From the NCBI GenBank assembly GCA_964016885.1, contig OZ024744.1, forward strand, positions 116,746,001 through 116,810,000: 64,000 bases of DNA, read 5' to 3'. Made by a program: the position numbers and the translations under genes. Positions 57,531-64,000 of the stretch are shown here, piece after piece. Origin of the DNA: Eledone cirrhosa. Its lineage: Eukaryota. The number at the start of each line of letters is the position of its first letter. The first letter of the stretch is position 1. Under the pieces are notes generated by a model. That model had not been told where the DNA came from. It saw nothing but the letters and a program-made list of their open reading frames with translations, and did no database searches.

Positions 57531-59975
57531 GGTAGGATCCATAGAAGTAGTTGATAGCTTCTGCTACTTATGTGACCTAATTAAGAGCAGAGGAGGATGC
57601 TGTGAGAGCATAATAGCAGCTAGAATAAAGATAGGATGGAAAAAGTTCAGGGAGCTACTCTCACTGTTGACAACAAAAGGTTTCTCCCTATATACAAAAG
57701 GACTGTATGAGAAGTGCGATGCCACATTGTAGTGAAACATTGGCTGTGACTGTGGAGGACATATGGTGCTACATGGTAGTGAAACATGGGCTGTGACAGT
57801 GGAGGACATATGGTGCTACATGGTAGTGAAACATGGGTTGTGACTGTGGAGGACATATGGTGCTACATGGTAGTGAAACATGGGCTGTGACTGTGGAGGA
57901 CATATGGTGCTACATGGTAGTGAAACATGGACTGTGACTGTGGAGGACATATGGTGCTACATGGTAGTGAAACATGGGCTGTGACTGTGGAGGACATATG
58001 GTGCTACATGGTAGTGAAACATGGGCTGTGACAGTGGAGGACATATGGTGCTACATGGTAGTGAAACATGGGTTGTGACTGTGGAGGACATATGGTGCTA
58101 CATGGTAGTGAAACATGGGCTGTGACAGTGGAGGACATATGGTGCTACATGGTAGTGAAACATGGGTTGTGACTGTGAAGGACATATGGTGCTACATGGT
58201 AGTGAAACATGGGCTGTGACTGTGGAGGACATATGGTGCTACATGGTAGTGAAACATGGACTGTGACTGTGGAGGACATATGGTGCTACATGGTAGTGAA
58301 ACATGGGCTGTGACTGTGGAGGACATATGGTGCTACATGGTAGTGAAACATGGGCTGTGACAGTGGAGGACATATGGTGCTACATGGTAGTGAAACATGG
58401 GTTGTGACTGTGGAGGACATATGGTGCTACATGGTAGTGAAACATGGGCTGTGACTGTGGAGGACATATGGTGCTACATGGTAGTGAAACATGGGCTGTG
58501 ACTGTGGAGGACATGTGGTGCTACATGGTAGTGAAACATGGGCTGTGACTGTGGAGGACATATGGTGCTACATGGTAGTGAAACATGGGTTGTGACTGTG
58601 GAGGACATATGGTGCTACATGGTAGTGAAACATGGGCTGTGACTGTGGAGGACATGTGGTGCTACATGGTAGTGAAACATGGACTGTGACTGTGGAGGAC
58701 ATGTGGTGCTACATGGTAGTGAAACATGGGCTGTGACTGTGGAGGACATATGGTGCTACATGGTAGTGAAACATGGGTTGTGACTGTGGAGGACATATGG
58801 TGCTACATGGTAGTGAAACATGGGCTGTGACTGTGGAGGACATGTGGTGCTACATGGTAGTGAAACATGGGCTGTGACTGTGGAGGACATATGGTGCTAC
58901 ATGGTAGTGAAACATGGGCTGTGACTGTGGAGGACATATGGTGCTACATGGTAGTGAAACATGGACTGTGACTGTGGAGGACATGTGGTGCTACATGGTA
59001 GTGAAACATGGGCTGTGACTGTGGAGGACATATGGTGCTACATGGTAGTGAAACATGGGTTGTGACTGTGGAGGACATATGGTGCTACATGGTAGTGAAA
59101 CATGGGCTGTGACTGTGGAGGACATGTGGTGCTACATGGTAGTGAAACATGGGCTGTGACTGTGGAGGACATATGGTGCTACATGGTAGTGAAACATGGG
59201 CTGTGACTGTGGAGGACATATGGTGCTACATGATAGTGAAACATGGGCTGTGACTGTGGAGGACATGTGGTGCTACACGGTAGTGAAACATGGGTTGTGA
59301 CTGTGGAGGACATGTGGTGCTACATGGTAATGAAACATGGGTTGTGACTGCAGAAGACATGTGGTGCTAGATGGTAGTGAAACATGGGCTGTAACGATGG
59401 GGGACATGTGGTGCTACATGGTAGTGAAACATGAGTTGTGACTGTGGAGGACATGTGGTGCTACATGGTAGTGAAACATGAGTTGTGACTGTGGAGGACA
59501 TGTGGTGCTACATGGTAGTGAAACATGGGCTGTAACGATGGGGGACATGTGGTGCTACATGGTAGTGAAACATGGGCTGTAACTGTGGAGGACATGTGGT
59601 GCTAGATGGTAGTGAAACATGGGCTGTAACGATGGGGGACATGTGGTGCTACATGGTAGTGAAACATGAGTTGTGACTGTGGAGGACATGTGGTGCTACA
59701 TGGTAGTGAAACATGAGTTGTGACTGTGGAGGACATGTGGTGCTACATGGTAGTGAAACATGGGCTGTAACGATGGGGGACATGTGGTGCTACATGGTAG
59801 TGAAACATGAGTTGTGACTGTGGAGGACATGTGGTGCTACATGGTAGTGAAACATGGACTGTGACTGTAGAGGACATGTGGTGCTACATGGTAGTGAAAC
59901 ACGGACTGTGACTGTGGAGGACATGTGTAGACTGGAGAGAAATGAAGCAACCATGTTTTGTTGGATGTGTGGCAT
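57531..59975 (+). mobile_element. Internal fragment of a third RTE copy, split by an amplified ORF segment
   Basis: Left flank translates GSIEVVDSFCYL..GGCCES..ARIKIGWKKFRELLSLLTTKGFSL. Right flank translates EDMCRLERNEATMFCWM. Both are colinear with the intact ORF. Confidence 0.9.
57722..59926. repeat. 47-bp minisatellite (~46 copies) amplified from RTE coding sequence
   Basis: Unit TGGTGCTACATGGTAGTGAAACATGGGCTGTGACTGTGGAGGACAT(A/G) encodes VLHGSETWAVTVEDM, compared with MLHGSETWALCAEDI in the intact ORF. Confidence 0.96.
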
Positions 59976-60134
59976 GTTGGGAAAGTGTTTTCTATGATAG
60001 CCTCAAGTAACACCCAGTTACAGGTACACACACCTCACCAACACCTGTGGCAATACTGCACATCCATTGGATTGCTTTAAAAATTATTTCAGGCACATTC
60101 CAGTGATTGAAATGATTGACTGCCTGTGTCTTCT

Positions 60135-60269
60135 TCCACTTCTAACGAGGGCTTCATTGTAGTGTGGTGCATTCTTTTAGAAGATGTCCTCATTAGCTGA
60201 CAGTCTTGAGATCCTAAGGAATATGTTGCAGACTAGGTTGTCGAGGATAGAGCTAGGGTGGTTAGATTG
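60135..60269 (-). pseudogene. Penelope-like retroelement ORF remnant (region C-terminal to the RT core)
   Basis: Manual translation gives QSNHPSSILDNLVCNIFLRISRLSANEDIF*KNAPHYNEALVRSG. This fits the SNHP...RISxLS...F...Y..AL..SG pattern I recognise from Penelope-like elements. One in-frame stop. Confidence 0.65.
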
Positions 60270-61030
60270 CTTCTTCTTCTTCTTCTTCTTCTTCTTCTTC
60301 TTCTTCTTCTTCTTCTTCTTCTTCTTCTTCGTCTTCTTCTTCTTCTTCTTCTTCTTCTTCTTCTTCTTCTTCTTCTTCGTCTTCTTTTTCTTCTTCTTCT
60401 TCTTCTTCTTCTTCTTCTTCTTCTTCTTCTTCTTCTTTCCTCTTCCTTCTTCTTTCCCCCTCCTCCCCCTTCTTCTTCTTCTTCTTCTTCTTCTTTCCTC
60501 CTCCTTCTTCGTTCCCCTCCTCCCCTTCTTCTTCTTCTTCTTCTTCTTCTTCTTCTTCTTCTTCTTCTTCTTTTCTTTTTCTTTTTCTTCTTCTTCTTCT
60601 TCTTCTTCTTCTTTTTCTTCTTCTTCTTCTTCTTCTTCTTCTTCTTCTTCTTCTTCTTCTTCTTTCCTCCTCCTTCTTCTTTCCCCCTCCTCCCCCTTCT
60701 TCTTCTTTCCTCCTCCTTCTTCTTTCCCCCTCCTCCCCCTTCTTCTTCTTCTTCTTCTTCTTCTCCTTCTTCTTCTTCTTCTTCTTCTTCTTTCCTCCTC
60801 CTTCTTCGTTCCCCTCCTCCCCTTCTTCTTCTTCTTCTTCTTCTTCTTCTTCTTTTTCTTTTTCTCCTTCTTCTTCTTCTTCTTCTTTTTCTTCTTCTTC
60901 TTCTTCTTCTTCTTCTTCTTCTTCTTCTTCTTCTTTCCTCCTCCTTCTTCTTTCCCCCTCCTCCCCTTCTTCTTCTTCTTCTTCTTCTTCTTCTTCTTCT
61001 TCTTCTTCTTCTTCTTCTTCTTCTTCTTCT
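60270..61030. repeat. Compound (TTC)n/(TCC)n homopyrimidine microsatellite; expanded (GAA)n LINE tail
   Basis: ~760 bp, almost purely C/T on the + strand, directly abutting the 3' end of the minus-strand LINE fragment. Confidence 0.97.
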
Positions 61031-61230
61031 CTTTGAGAGGGTCGTCGTGCCAGAGTCCTCAAACCCTCCTTCCAGCAGGTCCTGTCAGAAGCAACCATCT
61101 CCATATGATCCAGCTGGATCCCCAAGTGAGACCAGCCAAGCTCATGGATGTTATCCAACCATCTCGCACGGGGTCTACCCCTGGGTCTCCTGCCAGTTGT
61201 TTTTTGCCTGTAAAATCTGTCCAGCAATAC
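61031..61230 (-). mobile_element. 3' end of a different RTE-clade LINE (Expander/Rex3-like C-terminus), heavily 5'-truncated
   Basis: Translates GRRPRGRPRARWLDNIHELGWSHLGIQLDHMEMVASDRTCWKEGLRTLARRP and runs straight into (GAA)n. Confidence 0.72.
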
Positions 61231-61756
61231 TTTCTTTTTTTTTTTAAATATATGAATTGTGTTTATTTTGCATGTATTGTATTAAAATAAATATTCTTTG
61301 AAATTTATAAGTTTAACAAAAAAGTTTTGCTTTTATTTATTTTACTTTGAAATACTTCAAAGAAAGAAGAAAAAAAGACACCGAAGTTTCATATTCTAAC
61401 TTTATTCTGGAGAGTTCAGTTTTAGAAGTGATGAATAAGGCATGAAATAAGAATGACACAATGACAGTGTGACAAAAGGAAAACAATGGTATCCAGTGCA
61501 AAAGAGTTGTGGTATGACATAGTTGGGACGTATTCTTTGTATCAAAGAAACATTGAAAACAAACCGAAAAGTTACAAAAGAAGTAGGAAGTTATGAAACT
61601 AAAGATCAAAGGCCACAAATAGACAGGTGAAAAATAATCATTGTCAAGGCCACTGTAAACTTGGTAAACTATTCAGTGAAGAAGGAATGCTGAGGCTACT
61701 TAGAAAATATGATGTCATTACTAAATACACCATCTTTAAGATACCATGTTCACACC

Positions 61757-61834
61757 GCTGCTGCTGCTGCTGCTGCTGCTGCTACTACTACTACGGCTAC
61801 TATTGATGTTGATGTTGCTGCTGCTACTACCACC

Positions 61835-61883
<49 letters not shown>

Positions 61884-61910
61884 TTACTACTAATAATACC
61901 ACTGCTGTTG

Positions 61911-61942
<32 letters not shown>

Positions 61943-62015
61943 GCTACTACTACTACTACTACTACTACTATTACTACTACTACTATTACTACTACTAATA
62001 ACACTGCTGCTGCTG

Positions 62016-62075
<60 letters not shown>

Positions 62076-62129
62076 TTACTACTACTATTACTACTATTAC
62101 TATTACTACTACTAATACCACTGCTACTG

Positions 62130-62178
<49 letters not shown>

Positions 62179-62191
62179 GACGACGACGACG

Positions 62192-62251
<60 letters not shown>

Positions 62252-62270
62252 GCAACTACTCTACTACTGC
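61757..62270. repeat. Compound trinucleotide microsatellite (GCT)n/(TAC)n/(CAC)n/(GAC)n
   Basis: Triplet phase is kept throughout. An internal block TATTACTACT(ACT)AATA..CACTGCT recurs three times. Confidence 0.97.
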
Positions 62271-62299
62271 CAAACATTGGTAGGTTACAACAATCAGTA

Positions 62300-62500
62300 A
62301 TTCATTTGATCAGATCAATGGAACAGCCAACTCATGAATGAACATACAAGGGCCAAACACATACCCTTAACGTAGTTCTAAGGGAAATTCGGTGTGACAC
62401 AGAATGTGACAAGACTGGTCCTTCAAATTATAGGTACAACACATTTTTGTCAGCTGAGTGGACTGAAGCAATCTGAAATAAAGTGTCTTGCTCAAGGACA
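62300..62500 (-). mobile_element. SINE 3' part plus CORE-like domain, minus orientation
   Basis: CAGCTGAGTGGACTGAAGCAATCTGAAATAAAGTGTCTTGCTCAAGGACAC is the reverse complement of the core at ~56978-57030. The adjoining sequence differs from the tail of the 57-kb copy. Left boundary is approximate. Confidence 0.65.
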
Positions 62501-64000
62501 CAATGGACTGGAGCAATGTGAAATAAAGTGACTTGTTCAAGGACACAGTGGACTGGAGCAATGTGAAATAAAGTGTCTTGTTCAAGGACACAATGGACTG
62601 GAGCAAGGAGAAATAAAGTGTCTTGCTCAAGGACACAGTGGACTGGAGCAATGTGAAATAAAGTGTCTTGTTCAAGGACACGATGGACTGGAGCAAGGAG
62701 AAATAAAGTGTCTTGCTCAAGGACACAGTGGACTGGAGCAATGTGAAATAAAGTGTCTTGTTCAAGGACACAATGGACTGGAGCAAGGAGAAATAAAGTG
62801 TCTTGCTCAAGGACACAGTGGACTGGAGCAATGTGAAATAAAGTGTCTCGCTCAAGGACACAGTGGACTGGAGCAATGTGACATAAAGTGTCTTGCTCAA
62901 GGACACAGTGGACTGGAGCAATGTGACATAAAGTGTCTTGCTCAAGGACACAGTGGACTGGAGCAACGTGAAATAAAGTGTCTTGCTCAAGGACACAGTG
63001 GACTGGAGCAATGTAAAATAAAGTGCCTTGCTCAAGGACACAGTAGACTGGAGCAATGTAAAATAAAGTGTCTCGCTCAAGGACACAGTGGACTGGAGCA
63101 ATGTAAAATAAAGTGTCTTGCTCAAGGACAGAGTGGACTGGAGCAATGTGAAATAAAGTGTTTTGCTCAAGGACATAATGGACTGGAGTAACGTGAAATA
63201 AAGTGTCTTGCTGAAGGAAACAGTGGACTGGAACAATGTGAAATAAAGTGTCTTGCTCAAGGTCACAGTGGACTGGAGCAACGTGAAATAAAGTCTCTTG
63301 CTCAAACTCATAGTGGACTGGAGCAACATGAAATAAAGTGTCTTCCTCAAGGACACAGTGGACTGGAGCAACGTGAAATAAAGTGTTTTGCTTCAGGACA
63401 CAGTGGAGTGGAGCAATGTGAAATAAAGAGTCCTGCTGAAGGACAACCTAGTCTGTAGCAACGTGAAATAAAGTGTCTTGTTCAAGGACACCCTGTACTG
63501 GAGCAACATTAAATAAAGTGTCTTGCTCAAGGACACAGTGGACTGGAGCAACGTGAAATAAAGTGTTTTGCTGCAGGACACGGTGGAGTGGAGCAATGTA
63601 AAATAAAGTGTCTTGCTCAAGGACACAGTGGACTGGGGCAACGTGAAATAAAGTGTCTTGCTCAATGTCACAGTGCACTGGAGCAATGTGACATATGATG
63701 TCTTGCTCAAGGAGACAGTGGACTTGAGCAATGTGAAATAAAGTGTTTGCTCAAGACCACAGTGAACTGGAGCAATGTGAAATATAGTGTCTTGCTCAAC
63801 GACACAGTGGACTGGAGCAACGTGAAATAAAGTGTCTTGTTCAATGTCACTGTGGACTGGAGCAATGTGAAATAATGTGTCTTGCTCAAGGACACAGTGG
63901 ACAGGAGCAACGTGAAATAAAGTTTCTTGTTCAAGGACACAGTGGACTGGAGCAATGTGACATAAAGTGTCTTGCTCAAGGACACCCTGGACTGGATCAA
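62458..64000. repeat. 45-bp minisatellite (>=34 copies) amplified from the SINE core
   Basis: Unit GACTGGAGCAATGTGAAATAAAGTGTCTTGCTCAAGGACACAGTG. Runs off the window end. Confidence 0.96.

Noticed and set aside
60184-62341. Poly-Phe/Leu/Glu and poly-Thr/Val ORFs (mucin-like or acidic proteins)
   Set aside because: Microsatellite translations, open in multiple frames and strands. Only the LINE-derived N-terminal part of 60262-61227 is meaningful.
62367-64000. 15-aa repeat ORFs (LLQSTVSLSKTLYFT)
   Set aside because: Translation of the SINE-derived 45-bp array.

Overview
Eukaryotic, gene-free repetitive DNA, probably animal heterochromatin. The SINE and RTE families resemble those I recall from octopus/cephalopods, but that is an inference. 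About 50.5 kb (1-33438 and 37307-54323) is one array of a 16/17-bp satellite, TGAGATAATGAC(C)AATG, roughly 3,000 units with nested kb-scale higher-order duplications. The array is interrupted in phase by an apparently intact minus-strand RTE-clade LINE (33438-37306). Its 1006-aa ORF has an APE endonuclease, an RT and a C4HC3 PHD finger inserted inside the RT, followed by a (TGA)n tail. The last ~9.7 kb holds retroelement remnants: two decayed relatives of the same RTE, two CORE-type SINE copies, an Expander/Rex3-like 3' end and a Penelope-like fragment. Most of these have had a short internal segment amplified in place: 48-bp from the RTE 3'UTR, 47-bp from the RTE ORF, 45-bp from the SINE core, and (GAA)n from a LINE tail. 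The large 16-mer also resembles the SINE core. The many long minus-strand 'SLSHIVIISHCHYLTL' ORFs are by-products of the satellite. No host gene is supported.
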